From a virus: a stretch of DNA of 64,000 bases. The position numbers and the translations under genes were made by a program. The DNA lies in the IMG/VR virus record IMGVR_UViG_3300036399_001571, positions 64,001 to 128,000 of that record. One strand, written 5' to 3'. Shown piece after piece: positions 49,970 through 59,808 of this stretch (positions within the stretch are counted from its first letter, which is position 1; the number at the start of each line of letters is the position of its first letter). The notes beneath the pieces were generated by a model. The model worked only from the letters and a program-made list of their open reading frames with translations, did not search any database and was not told where the DNA came from.

Positions 49970-50287
49970 TTAGAACTCGTAGGAGTAGTAGTACCTGCGA
50001 CCGCTCAGGTGAAGCACAGCCCAACTATCCAACGAATCACCAATCTGAACCCACCTTCCGTTTTTGCGGAGTGTAAAGCAAGCGGTTGGGTTGTTTGGGT
50101 TTGGTGTAATTTCCCAGTCGTTGCTGTAAGGCTTCGCACCTTCGGCTGGCTTGACATCGTCTTGCTGAACGATAATCTTCTTGCCGTTTTCACTGACGAA
50201 AACAATCGTTACTGAGTGAGTGTCCACTCCGTTGCTTACGTGTGCGCCGTTTCCGACTACTGGCTTTATTCTTTCCTTGGTTTCCAT
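49970..50287 (-). CDS. Hypothetical protein
   Basis: After promoter 50337; FTLRKNGRW...GRRYYYSYEF. Confidence 0.6.
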   Translation of the reverse strand: METKERIKPVVGNGAHVSNGVDTHSVTIVFVSENGKKIIVQQDDVKPAEGAKPYSNDWEITPNPNNPTACFTLRKNGRWVQIGDSLDSWAVLHLSGRRYYYSYEF

Positions 50288-50454
50288 TGTGTCCCCTTTC
50301 GTGGAACTCGTTTACAAAATAAACTTTACAGTACGCGATATCAGATTTACAAAAATTGGAATTTTTTACATAGCCCCGCTGCCGGATTTTTTATTACTAT
50401 GCCGGGGCTAGCTAAGAAAAAAGAGCAGGCGCTTTCGCACCCACTCTCTCTCCG

Positions 50455-50646
50455 TTATCGGGTTGCGGACTGCACTCGGTCAGCGAGGTTCTTGATGGCG
50501 ATTTGCAGACTAATCGTTACCATGTAGAGGTAATGATTTTCAATTTTGTCCTTTTTGTAAATCTCTAGGATTTCTTCCCGTGTCTTGATGAGTGACAGGA
50601 TTTCGTCTGCGCATTCTGTAAGACTGAGTGTGTTGTCTGTTTCCAT
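50455..50646 (-). CDS. Small hypothetical protein
   Basis: After promoter 50700. Confidence 0.5.
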   Translation of the reverse strand: METDNTLSLTECADEILSLIKTREEILEIYKKDKIENHYLYMVTISLQIAIKNLADRVQSATR

Positions 50647-50718
50647 TTCGTGCCCCTTTCGTAAGGCTTGTTGTTGTTACTGATTACATTACAGCAAGCG
50701 ATATCAGATTTACAAAAG

Positions 50719-50732
50719 CGAACATGTGTTTG
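50719..50732. promoter_or_regulatory. LexA-like SOS box CGAACATGTGTTTG
   Basis: 3 nt upstream of the -35 of promoter 50700. Confidence 0.55.
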
Positions 50733-50824
50733 CCCAGCCCCGCTGCACCTTCGTGTAAAGAATTTATGCCGGGGCTTTCAGCAATGAATATCGTTGACTG
50801 AATAATTCATAAAGTGAAAACGCA

Positions 50825-50857
50825 ACCGGGGAGACTCGGTGGTGAAGTCTCCCCGGT
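50825..50857 (-). terminator. Intrinsic terminator hairpin
   Basis: ACCGGGGAGACT...AGTCTCCCCGGT 12-bp stem right after the stop of 50864-51151. Confidence 0.7.
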
Positions 50858-50863
50858 CAGGAT

Positions 50864-51151
50864 TTAGTAGACGACTACCGAGGCCTTCGTCCACTTGGTG
50901 AATGAGTGAGTGCTAGGCACTCCGTCAATGGTGAGCACTAGGAACTTTCCTGCGTTGCTCCACTTTTTATTCTCAGGTGCAATCTTTGAAATTGTTCCCG
51001 TTGCGTATCCCCACGCCTGTCGCTCACGGCGTGTGGTGTTCTTTCCGAACAGGCGAGCTTCAGTCTCGCCAGTCACCGTGTTGGTGATATAGCCAACCAG
51101 TATTTGGTCGCCGACTTCTAGGTCGCTTACTTTTACCCTTGTTGTTTCCAT
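50864..51151 (-). CDS. Hypothetical protein
   Basis: After promoter 51194. Confidence 0.55.
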   Translation of the reverse strand: METTRVKVSDLEVGDQILVGYITNTVTGETEARLFGKNTTRRERQAWGYATGTISKIAPENKKWSNAGKFLVLTIDGVPSTHSFTKWTKASVVVY

Positions 51152-51552
51152 TGCTATCCCCTTTCAGTTGGATAAATAAATCGTACAACAAGCGATATCA
51201 GATTTACAAAATACCCTCGAGCCCCGCAGTCGCGGTTACAGACGCGCTCTCTGCTGTCATCAAGTGAAGTCGTATGTCAAGAAGCAAGTCCTGCATTTCG
51301 CTTGAGGCTACGAGTTCACGGCTAGAGATATTGACTAGCGCCTTATCAAGAAGTGTGATTATTTCTTTTTCGTTCATTGTGGGCAGTCCTCGTATGGGTT
51401 GGGGTTTCCTTCATTGTCCTCGCAAGAACAGAAGCCGAATAATTCTACTTGAGTTTCGTGAGTGAGTTCAGTCAAGTCCTCGTATGACGGGGAGCCCCGT
51501 AGTTCCTCTATCACTAAACTCCAAAAATCCACAAAAAGTTTCTCTTGTGAGT

Positions 51553-51780
51553 TCACTTCTTGCCCCTCATCTCCAAGCCGATTAGTACTACGGCAACTCC
51601 GACTAACACTTGACTTACTCCTACCCACTGAAGGATAGAGGCGAGTTCGTTACCCGTGAGAGAGGCGTAGGCGTTCTCTTTCTGCCAGAACCAAGCACCG
51701 ATTAGTGCGCTTACTGAACCAAGTCCAATAATCCAGTCGGGCTTATTCATTACGCACTCCTCATTGGGCATACTTCCCAA
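51553..51780 (-). CDS. Two-TM membrane protein
   Basis: Hydrophobic segments. Confidence 0.5.
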   Translation of the reverse strand: MGSMPNEECVMNKPDWIIGLGSVSALIGAWFWQKENAYASLTGNELASILQWVGVSQVLVGVAVVLIGLEMRGKK

Positions 51781-52226
51781 AAAGCACGATAGAAATCACT
51801 TGCCGCGTCATTCACATCGGTTATGTAATTGTTCACCGATAGGTCACGCCTTTCTGATTCCCAATAAGCGTTGTAAGCGTCTAGATATTCATCTATGACA
51901 TTTACAAAAACACTTTGCTCAAAAGACACGGTTGGTATGTCAAGTGTTCTCACATACGAGCGAAGGTCTCGTAAGGCACTCACCTTCGCCTCATATTCAG
52001 ACCGACTTGGTATTCCTCCGTTGTCTGTTGCGTTTTCCCACGACGCTTCTACATCGTCTGCGAGTAGTGAGATTTTTTCAGCAACAACCTTATTGCAGTC
52101 TTTGCCATAACTAATTGTTGTAGTTGTCGCAATGGTTGTTTCCACTGCTACGGGCTCACTGTTGCCACAAGACGAAATACTCATTACGAGTATCGCCCCT
52201 AGTAATACTGTCTTTACTGCTTTCAT
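51750..52226 (-). CDS. Lipoprotein
   Basis: MKAVK...ISS-C lipobox, Thr-rich linker. Confidence 0.6.
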   Translation of the reverse strand: MKAVKTVLLGAILVMSISSCGNSEPVAVETTIATTTTISYGKDCNKVVAEKISLLADDVEASWENATDNGGIPSRSEYEAKVSALRDLRSYVRTLDIPTVSFEQSVFVNVIDEYLDAYNAYWESERRDLSVNNYITDVNDAASDFYRAFWEVCPMRSA

Positions 52227-52414
52227 TACTTCGCCCCCTTGACTTTGATAATGAGCGAGCAAACTCCATAAACCATTCCGAACCATAACGCTCCACCAAT
52301 CGCCATATCCAAAAAGACATATGGTGATGTTGTGTTTATGCTCCCAGCCGAAGCCGCTAACGCTCCGACTACTGCTCCAATGTTTGACGCTTTCTTTCGT
52401 GTTTCGTGTTTCAT
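52226..52414 (-). CDS. Two-TM membrane protein
   Basis: After promoter 52468. Confidence 0.5.
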   Translation of the reverse strand: MKHETRKKASNIGAVVGALAASAGSINTTSPYVFLDMAIGGALWFGMVYGVCSLIIKVKGAK

Positions 52415-52507
52415 TACTTATCCCCTTTCTAAGGGCTTGTTGTTGTTAGTAATAACTTAGGGCAACGGATATCAGATTTACAAATCCACTTATAGCCCCG
52501 GTGGATG

Positions 52508-52840
52508 TTATGCGCACTCTTCCATAACTTGACCACCATCAGTTATGCGCAACTCACAAGTGTTGTGTGTTGGTAGGTAAATTGTGTCGCCGATAGCGAG
52601 GTTTGTTCCGTACAACTTCACGAGCCTGTCCACTACTTCCATAGTGTTGCCCTCGCAGTTTGTTCGGGCTATCCAGTAAAGCGTGTCGCCCTCTTTGATA
52701 GTGACTGGTGTTCCGTCACAAAAGAACTCGCTGTCTTTTGTATTCAGTCTGTCCAAGTATCCAAATGCGAATACTGACGCAAGTGTTATTGCGATAGTGA
52801 TAAGCACTGTCTTTGCTGTTCGGTAGGTTTGTTCGTTCAT
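52508..52840 (-). CDS. Membrane-anchored LysM-domain protein
   Basis: N-terminal TM, VTIKEGDTLYWIARTNC...LAIGDTIYLP. Confidence 0.65.
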   Translation of the reverse strand: MNEQTYRTAKTVLITIAITLASVFAFGYLDRLNTKDSEFFCDGTPVTIKEGDTLYWIARTNCEGNTMEVVDRLVKLYGTNLAIGDTIYLPTHNTCELRITDGGQVMEECA

Positions 52841-53104
52841 TGCTCTCCCTTTCAGTAGGTAACTAAATCATATCCGAGCCGATATCAGAATTACAGGATA
52901 CCCGTGCGGGGCTATTTCGAGCCTTTATGGATTTGTAAATCTGATATTGGGGACTATATGCTTTACTTATCCACGAGAAAAGGGGAAAGAAATGAAAGTA
53001 TCATCACACACAAAAGCCAAGTGCCAAGAGTGCGAGCGAGTATTTGACTTGCTTGACGAGGAACAGGCAAATGAGTTTTTTCACGGTCACGATTGCGAGG
53101 GACA

Positions 53105-53272
53105 ATGAGCAAGAACATTATCTGCCCTACTTGTAGTGGCTTTATTCCTAACGGGCACACGCCAGGTTTATATCCAGGTGCTATCTCACGGAAAGACAAC
53201 AAAACAGAAATTTGTTCGCAATGCGGTGAAGACGAGGCAATGGAAGATTTCTTCCGTATGATGAAGAAATGA
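53105..53272 (+). CDS. Small Zn-finger protein (not in the ORF track)
   Basis: Own translation MSKNIICPTC...SRKDNKTEICSQCG...; ATGA-coupled on both sides. Confidence 0.55.
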   Translation: MSKNIICPTCSGFIPNGHTPGLYPGAISRKDNKTEICSQCGEDEAMEDFFRMMKK

Positions 53273-53643
53273 GCGACACACCGAAAAAGCCATTCAATGA
53301 TGTATTTGTTGGAAAAGAATACGAAGATTGGAAAGCAATTGGCGAACAGCGAGGCTGGGAGAGCGGGGCTAAAGCGCCCACTCGGCAAGAAATACAGGAA
53401 GCACTTGAGGCAGGTGACGAAACTACCTTGCTTATGGACGGGTTTGACGAAGCCTTTATCGGTTGGTCACGCCGTATCAACGAACCACTACTTGCCGTCT
53501 ACGACTATGACGCAATAATCAAGGTTTGTGTTGAGCGAGACGGTATGGATTTTGAGGAAGCCGTTGAGTATGTGGACTACAATGTCATAGGTGCTTGGGT
53601 TGGCGAACAGACACCAATAATCGTTATGCCGTTTATCCACTAA
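53269..53643 (+). CDS. Hypothetical protein
   Basis: MDGFDEAFIG...VYDYDAII...EAVEYVDYNVIGAWVGEQTP. Confidence 0.6.
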   Translation: MSDTPKKPFNDVFVGKEYEDWKAIGEQRGWESGAKAPTRQEIQEALEAGDETTLLMDGFDEAFIGWSRRINEPLLAVYDYDAIIKVCVERDGMDFEEAVEYVDYNVIGAWVGEQTPIIVMPFIH

Positions 53644-53660
53644 TTTACTATCGGAGAAAA

Positions 53661-53978
53661 ATGACAGCAGTAGCAGTAAGAGTGAGCGCACCACCGAGTG
53701 GCGATTTGCCTTGTACTGGCAGGCAGGATTTGTTTTATGGCAAGTACGCCGAAAGACCTGAAGCACGATTGCGCCGTGAAGAAAAAGCCAAAAAAGTTTG
53801 CGCTACTTGTTCACAGGCGACTATTTGCCGTGATTACGCCCGTAGTAATGGCGAAGTGTTTGGTATTTGGGGCGGAGAAACAGAAATGGAAAGATACAGC
53901 GCAGGATTTATGTTGTCAGTACCACCTCACTTGTCACGGAGAGTTGTTACTATGAAAGAAAGATATGGGAACTTATAA
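53661..53978 (+). CDS. whiB: WhiB family transcription factor (second copy)
   Basis: PC...AKKVCATCSQATICRDYA...FGIWGGETE; SD ggag. Confidence 0.88.
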   Translation: MTAVAVRVSAPPSGDLPCTGRQDLFYGKYAERPEARLRREEKAKKVCATCSQATICRDYARSNGEVFGIWGGETEMERYSAGFMLSVPPHLSRRVVTMKERYGNL

Positions 53979-54189
53979 CGATTTCCTCGCCACGATTTCT
54001 ATTTACTACGAGCGACAACTTGTAGCAGGTGGAGACTTGCGATACGGGCAAATGTATATGAACCACCTTTGGGAGATAAAGCCCCGCATAGCAGAGAAAC
54101 TAAATGGTTCGTTGCTTGACCCGTTTCATAGGGATAATTGCCCACCTAAAGTCCACGAGTTTGTAGAAAGACTTTGGTCTAGCGAATAG
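53965..54189 (+). CDS. Hypothetical protein
   Basis: LRYGQMYMNHL...DPFH. Confidence 0.5.
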   Translation: MGTYNDFLATISIYYERQLVAGGDLRYGQMYMNHLWEIKPRIAEKLNGSLLDPFHRDNCPPKVHEFVERLWSSE

Positions 54190-54744
54190 GACAGCAAGAC
54201 GAACGGCGAGGTTTCTGAATAACCCGTGAAGGCTTTGGTTCAGCCTCTTTTTTCTTCTTTTTTTCTTCGTCTGCCATACAACAAGAATACACCTTGCGTT
54301 TCGAGCTGAGCCCCGCTAACATCTCGGTATGAGTATGCCCCCGCTTTATACCTGTATTGTTTGCCAAAATGGAATTGACCCAAGCGCAGCGAGTTCTCTT
54401 AGGTTGGCAACCGTTTGGCTAAAGAGTAGCGGTAAGACAGTTCACGCCGTTGAGACCGAACTGTATCGCTATCGTCACAGTTTTTGTAGTCTTGACCCGA
54501 ACTTCCAGCAGGACAGTTTGTTCTAGCCAAGCCTCATTGCGCCAATTGTTGGGTTCATTTCTCCAAGCGTCTTGCCAGCCGTATTGTTCGTGACGGCAAC
54601 CCGAGCGTCAAGGTTGTTGAGTGCCACCTGAACTGCGTCAAGTTTCTTGTTTATTTCCTCAACCGAATTCATTACCGACTTCATTGCTTGTTCTAACGAG
54701 GCTTCTATTTCCATAACGCCAAGCATAGCAAGTATGATGAGCCA

Positions 54745-56667
54745 GTGAGACTTTATCTTGACCACGATTTACTAGCCCTTGACTTCCCGTATGACCCAGC
54801 ACAAGTTGCCGAAGTCAAGTCAATAGCCGGGGCTAGCTGGGACAAGGTGGACAAACTGTGGAAAGCACCCGTAGCCTCAATTGACGAGGTGCGAGCCTTT
54901 GCGATAAAGCACGATTTTGAGATAACAGACGAAGTACTTAGGTTCACTGCCCCAAAGAGAGCGTCACGAAAAGGTGTGTATCTCAAAGGTGACTGGACTT
55001 ATATCCAATTCCCCTATGACAAGGTTGTACTCAAAGCAGTAAAGCAAATAGCAGGGGTAACTTGGGATAACAAAGAGATGGCGTGGAGAGCGCCACTTAC
55101 CTCAACAGCCGAAGCAATAGCGTGGGCTAACTCATTTGGAGTACTTGTGTCGCCCGAAGTACACGGAGTATCTGCCTCAATGACTAAGAAGTTAGATGAA
55201 CTAAAGGAAGCCTCACGCTCAACCGACGCTGATATAGAAGTGCCTTCACTACAAGGAACGCTACTGCCTTACCAAAGAGCAGGCGTGGAGTATGCGTCTA
55301 AAGCCCGTAGAAGTTTTATCGCAGACGAAATGGGACTTGGAAAGACGATACAAGCGATAGCGACACTGGAATATTCGTCAAAAGATAGCGAAGTGTACCC
55401 AGCAGTAATCGTCTGCCCCCCTTCACTTGTACTGAACTGGAAGTCGGAGTGGAATAGGTGGTTGCCTGATAGACGAGTTGCCGTTGTAACCAACCGTAGA
55501 GAGATACCAGAGCCCCGTTCATATGATGTGCTCGTTGTCGGATACTCAAATATTTCTCACTGGGAAAAGCAACTACTTGCGCATAACTCTTATGTGTTTG
55601 ACGAGAGCCACTACGCCAAAAGCCCAACGGCACAGCGAACTAAGTCGGCTATAAAAATGGCAAAGAGTGCCCCTAAACACGGGATAGTCCTATGTCTTAC
55701 TGGAACACCCGTAACCAATAGACCAGCGGAGTACGCCAGCCAATTAGACATAATCGGAAAACTAAAAGAGTTTGGTGGCTTGTGGGGATTTTATAGACGG
55801 TATTGTTCAGCCTTCCAAGACAGGTTTGGTCAATGGAATATCAGCGGTCACTCGCACCTTGACGAACTCAACGACAGGCTTCGTGGTACTTGCTATATCA
55901 GACGAACCAAGTCGCAAGTGCTTACTGAACTGCCACCCGTGATACACAGCACCCTTGTAGTAGAGGGGACTGATGCGGGGCTCAAGGAGTATCGGAAGGC
56001 AGAAAAAGACATAATAAAGTACATAACCGATAGAGCAAAAGAGATAGCGATAGAACTCGGGGAAAGCCCGTACTCGGCTTCGGTTATTGCGAGAATAAAA
56101 GCAGAAAGCAACGAACATCTAGTAAAACTCTCGGTACTTAGACGGCTCGCTGCGAAAGCCAAAATGCCAATGGTTGAGGAGTGGGTACAGTCCCGCATTG
56201 ACGACGGAAAGAAAGTGGTAATCGCAGCGCACCATAGAGACGTGGTAGATGAACTCGCACGAAAGTTCGGCAACCTTCGTATTCAGGGTGGTATGTCGGT
56301 TGAGGAAGTGGAAGCACAAAAAGCACGATTTCAGAACGAACCCGTAGAGACTGCGCCAGTTATTGTGTTATCTATTCAGGCAGCGAAAACTGGTCACACG
56401 CTTACAGCCTCGCAAGACATACTCTTTGTAGAACTGCCATACACGCCAGCAGACCTAGACCAAACTTACTCACGCCTTCACCGAATTGGGCAGACAGGAA
56501 GCGTTACGACTACTTATATGCTCGTTGACGGGACTATTGACGAGGAAATCTATGCGCTCATAGAAAAGAAGCGCAAGGTAGTGAACGCTTCAGTTGAGGG
56601 TGGAGAGTTCGCTGAAGGTGGCAACGCTACGCAGTTGGTACTTGACTTACTCAACCGATATCGATAA
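54745..56667 (+). CDS. SNF2-family helicase, SMARCAL1/HARP-like
   Basis: ADEMGLGKT, VCP, FDESH, LTGTP, YIRRTK, QTYSRLHRIGQ; two N-terminal FPYD...W...W.AP repeats. Confidence 0.9.
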   Translation: MRLYLDHDLLALDFPYDPAQVAEVKSIAGASWDKVDKLWKAPVASIDEVRAFAIKHDFEITDEVLRFTAPKRASRKGVYLKGDWTYIQFPYDKVVLKAVKQIAGVTWDNKEMAWRAPLTSTAEAIAWANSFGVLVSPEVHGVSASMTKKLDELKEASRSTDADIEVPSLQGTLLPYQRAGVEYASKARRSFIADEMGLGKTIQAIATLEYSSKDSEVYPAVIVCPPSLVLNWKSEWNRWLPDRRVAVVTNRREIPEPRSYDVLVVGYSNISHWEKQLLAHNSYVFDESHYAKSPTAQRTKSAIKMAKSAPKHGIVLCLTGTPVTNRPAEYASQLDIIGKLKEFGGLWGFYRRYCSAFQDRFGQWNISGHSHLDELNDRLRGTCYIRRTKSQVLTELPPVIHSTLVVEGTDAGLKEYRKAEKDIIKYITDRAKEIAIELGESPYSASVIARIKAESNEHLVKLSVLRRLAAKAKMPMVEEWVQSRIDDGKKVVIAAHHRDVVDELARKFGNLRIQGGMSVEEVEAQKARFQNEPVETAPVIVLSIQAAKTGHTLTASQDILFVELPYTPADLDQTYSRLHRIGQTGSVTTTYMLVDGTIDEEIYALIEKKRKVVNASVEGGEFAEGGNATQLVLDLLNRYR

Positions 56668-56754
56668 GCCCCGCACTCGCTTCCGTTCTGTAAATCTGAT
56701 ATCGGGCTTACTAGGCTTACGTTGCCGTAAGGCAAACGAGCCCAATGAAAGGGG

Positions 56755-56940
56755 GTGAGCAAAATGGAACAGTGGCAAGAGGAGGGTTTCGCTTCAGAGG
56801 AGGAATTCTTTGAGTTACAGCGAAGCCTTTGCGAGGAGGAACAGCGGGCGGAATTCATTATGAGTTACGTCGCTGGTGGTGGCTTGTCAAGCGAGGCGCA
56901 AATCGCTTGGTTTCACCACAACCACTCGTGGGGCGAGTAA
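56755..56940 (+). CDS. Small acidic protein
   Basis: After plus-strand promoter 56689. Confidence 0.45.
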   Translation: MSKMEQWQEEGFASEEEFFELQRSLCEEEQRAEFIMSYVAGGGLSSEAQIAWFHHNHSWGE

Positions 56941-57001
56941 CCCACAGAGGCAGGGGCTGGGGCTGGCAACCCTTGTCCCTCGCCTGCGCGTGTGGCGGGG
57001 C

Positions 57002-57424
57002 TTACTCGGTTTCTTTGGTTGGAACTCTGCCCATAAGTTCGTCAGCAATTAGTTTTGCGTACTTTCTGCGCAGTTTCCATACTTTTTGGTTCATTTCAGC
57101 CATTGCGTCAGTGTTTCGTGCTTTCTTTATGCTGTCGCTGTCAAACACGCCGTACTTTCTGAACAAGATGTCGTCAATATCGTTGTTTTCTATCATTATG
57201 TCGGTAATCCAATGGCCCCGCTTGTCAATGCTAAGCAACAGTTCGCAAAGACCCTCAAATCCAAACTCGTTATAGACACGATTAGTCACTAAGTCACAAA
57301 AATGCGCACGATACATAGTCTCGGCTTCGGCAGTGTGCGTCATAAACTCACTCAGCCATACGGCGAGTTCTTCTTTTGACGGAATATCACCGTCTTCACT
57401 GTCAAACTCAAAGTCGTCTTCCAT
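57002..57424 (-). CDS. Hypothetical protein
   Basis: SD aggcagg. Confidence 0.5.
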   Translation of the reverse strand: MEDDFEFDSEDGDIPSKEELAVWLSEFMTHTAEAETMYRAHFCDLVTNRVYNEFGFEGLCELLLSIDKRGHWITDIMIENNDIDDILFRKYGVFDSDSIKKARNTDAMAEMNQKVWKLRRKYAKLIADELMGRVPTKETE

Positions 57425-57480
57425 TAGCCTGCCTTCCGTTGCGCCGGGGCTCTAGTAATCAATGATACTTGTGGCAACTG

Positions 57481-58506
57481 TCAAGCCAAAGACAGAATAA
57501 CTTCTTGCGCTAACACTTTCTTTTGTGTCACCCACGAGTTGTTGTTCATTGAGGCAAGCGCCCGTTCATCTGCTTTTGCGTCACGATAATGGTCAAGGTA
57601 TTCAGCAATAGCGTTGTAAGCACTCCACCCGTTATACCCGTAGCCACCTGCGTTGCGTTCGTTGTCATACACGCCACGAACTAATGCCACTACCCCGTCA
57701 CGGTTTTTCTTTTGTCTCTCCGTACCGTTCATTTCGTTCGGGAATACCTTGTCAAGTATCGTTGCGAGTTGCGCACTTCGTGGTGGAACGTTGATAGCAA
57801 GCAAGCGATTAGCCGTAAGTTGGAATGACTTCGCCCACTCCGTTGATATTTCTAGGACTTTTTGCGCTTCCTCAATAGCATTATCAGCGTTACGAGTGTG
57901 TCGTGCCGTGAATACCCGACGAGCCGACGACTGCCCTGCGATTACCGTGTTTTTACACACCGCACGAATTGAGGTATTGGCAAAGGTGATAGCCGTCTTA
58001 CCGTCGTGTCCGTTGCGAACTAGCAAGTAACGGTCTATCTTGTCGTTGATACCCGTAGGGTCTATGACGAGTTGCCCCAAGTCAAGCGAACTAAAGAACT
58101 CTCTACCTTCGTCAAGTACGCCACAAGTATCTACTACTGCGTCGCCCTTAGAAGCCCCGACTATTGCGAGGGCATACTCCAAGCACTCACGGTTTTGCTG
58201 TACGACATAGCGAGTGCCAACCGTAGCAAGTCCGTCAAAAGTGCCGTCGGGGTTCACTCTCACGGTTGCCCGACTGTCCTCAATAACGACTGGCGTATTA
58301 TCAGGATTTCTGATTAGGTTGCCCTCTGCGTCTACGACTGCGACTTTAGTAGTGACGACATCAAAGTCTGCTTGCGCCGCCTGAAGCATTGCCTCTGCTG
58401 TTTGTAGCCCCTTCATAGGCACTCCAAGCCTATGCCACGGGACTTCACGGTCTGCGTAAGCCATTTTCGCTACGCCCTTAGTGTCTACTTCTAGCATATG
58501 CGCCAT
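57481..58506 (-). CDS. DUF932/DUF945 phage/plasmid-like protein
   Basis: MAH....PWHRLG...RYVVQQN...DTCGVLDEGR...NGHDG...IRAVCKNT...RHT...WSAYNAIAEYLDH. Confidence 0.85.
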   Translation of the reverse strand: MAHMLEVDTKGVAKMAYADREVPWHRLGVPMKGLQTAEAMLQAAQADFDVVTTKVAVVDAEGNLIRNPDNTPVVIEDSRATVRVNPDGTFDGLATVGTRYVVQQNRECLEYALAIVGASKGDAVVDTCGVLDEGREFFSSLDLGQLVIDPTGINDKIDRYLLVRNGHDGKTAITFANTSIRAVCKNTVIAGQSSARRVFTARHTRNADNAIEEAQKVLEISTEWAKSFQLTANRLLAINVPPRSAQLATILDKVFPNEMNGTERQKKNRDGVVALVRGVYDNERNAGGYGYNGWSAYNAIAEYLDHYRDAKADERALASMNNNSWVTQKKVLAQEVILSLA

Positions 58507-58655
58507 AACTTCGTGCCTCTCGCTGTTACTTCTAGTTAGATTTATCTAAAGGCAAGCATACACTCGCCCCCTGCCTCACAGTGTATGCCGGGGCTATCTC
58601 GACATAACAAAAAGGGGGGCAGGCTGTGACACCTACCCCCTTCGCTTTCGTTTTG

Positions 58656-58880
58656 TTAGTTGTATTCGTTGGTTAGCCAGTCATCACTTGACTTAGTGAC
58701 TGGCGTAGCGAACTGACCAAATAACTGGCGAGCATATGGTGCGACAATTTCAGCGCCTCGCTTGACGGTCTGAAACTGCGTCACCTTTCTACCTGCCTTG
58801 TATCCAACGGCACTACCTAAGCCGAACGATACGACTGCTGTCATTGTTAGTAGTACGAGTACTGCGATTATTTCTATCAC
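58656..58880 (-). CDS. Small membrane protein
   Basis: N-terminal TM; TTGACA-N17-TATACT promoter upstream. Confidence 0.5.
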   Translation of the reverse strand: MIEIIAVLVLLTMTAVVSFGLGSAVGYKAGRKVTQFQTVKRGAEIVAPYARQLFGQFATPVTKSSDDWLTNEYN

Positions 58881-59051
58881 TTGCTTCCCCTTTGTTAGTA
58901 GTAACTTACCTACCTAAGTATAGGGATAGTCATAGTACTTGTCAAGTCACCCGTACGACACCCGTAGGCACTTGCGAACTTCACAGAAATACGACTTGTG
59001 CCGTGTTTGTGTGGTTGTATAGGTGGCGTGGTGGCTATAAGCCCCGGCTTT

Positions 59052-59330
59052 TCACTGCCTCTTGTCGTCTACGAACTCTGCGTATGCTTTCAGTGCTTCA
59101 TCAGGTGCGCCGTCTACTAGATATTGGTGCATAACGCCTGCGAGGTCACGCCACTTGCCGTCACTTAGTACCTTCTCGGTAATCGTGTAGCCTTCGTGTT
59201 CGGTTGCCCAACTTATTGAGTGGGGCTGTGCCTTGTGTAGATAAGCAACGGCTTCGTAGTAAGTGCCGAAACTCTCAAGCACTGCGCCGTCTCTCGCTAC
59301 TTCGTAACTAATCTGCGCTTCTGTGTTCAC
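59052..59330 (-). CDS. Hypothetical protein
   Basis: GTGA coupling. Confidence 0.5.
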   Translation of the reverse strand: MNTEAQISYEVARDGAVLESFGTYYEAVAYLHKAQPHSISWATEHEGYTITEKVLSDGKWRDLAGVMHQYLVDGAPDEALKAYAEFVDDKRQ

Positions 59331-59599
59331 TTGTCAAACCTCACTTCTTGAGACACTCGGATTACTTGTCCGTACTTCGCCACTAGGTCATCAGTCGCTT
59401 TCAGTGTGTTGCCGTGACACCACTTGACTGCTAAGCCACTTAGGGTATCGCCTTCCTGAACGATTACTCGGTCAATATCGCAACGATAATTTTCGTCGCC
59501 TCGCATTGAGATAATCATTGCGATAATCGTCACGAGGAATACGAGTGGGAGTGTAATCAGGTCACGCTTGCTTGGTCGGTTTGTGTAGTGGTTGTTCAT
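59327..59599 (-). CDS. Membrane-anchored LysM-like protein
   Basis: TM then VIVQEGDTLSGLAVKWCHGN. Confidence 0.6.
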   Translation of the reverse strand: MNNHYTNRPSKRDLITLPLVFLVTIIAMIISMRGDENYRCDIDRVIVQEGDTLSGLAVKWCHGNTLKATDDLVAKYGQVIRVSQEVRFDK

Positions 59600-59808
59600 T
59601 GTCTGCCCCTTTCAGTAGGTACTAATTACACTAGGGTAGTTTGTGACAAAGGTCAAGGATTTCCGAGCCTTATGGGCATTGGGTTATACCCGTAGGGCTA
59701 CCCGTAGGCACTGCGCCAACCTCATAGGGATTAGTAGGTGGCAGGGTGAGTGTGTTGCCACTACCTATGCCGGGGCTTCGAGCTTGCTGTTCGGTAATGG
59801 CAGGTGGA

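Noticed and set aside
39187-50776. Classical integron (attC/intI)
   Set aside because: No GTTRRRY/RYYYAAC cores and no integrase in the window; the cassettes carry their own promoters. Kept only as an analogy.
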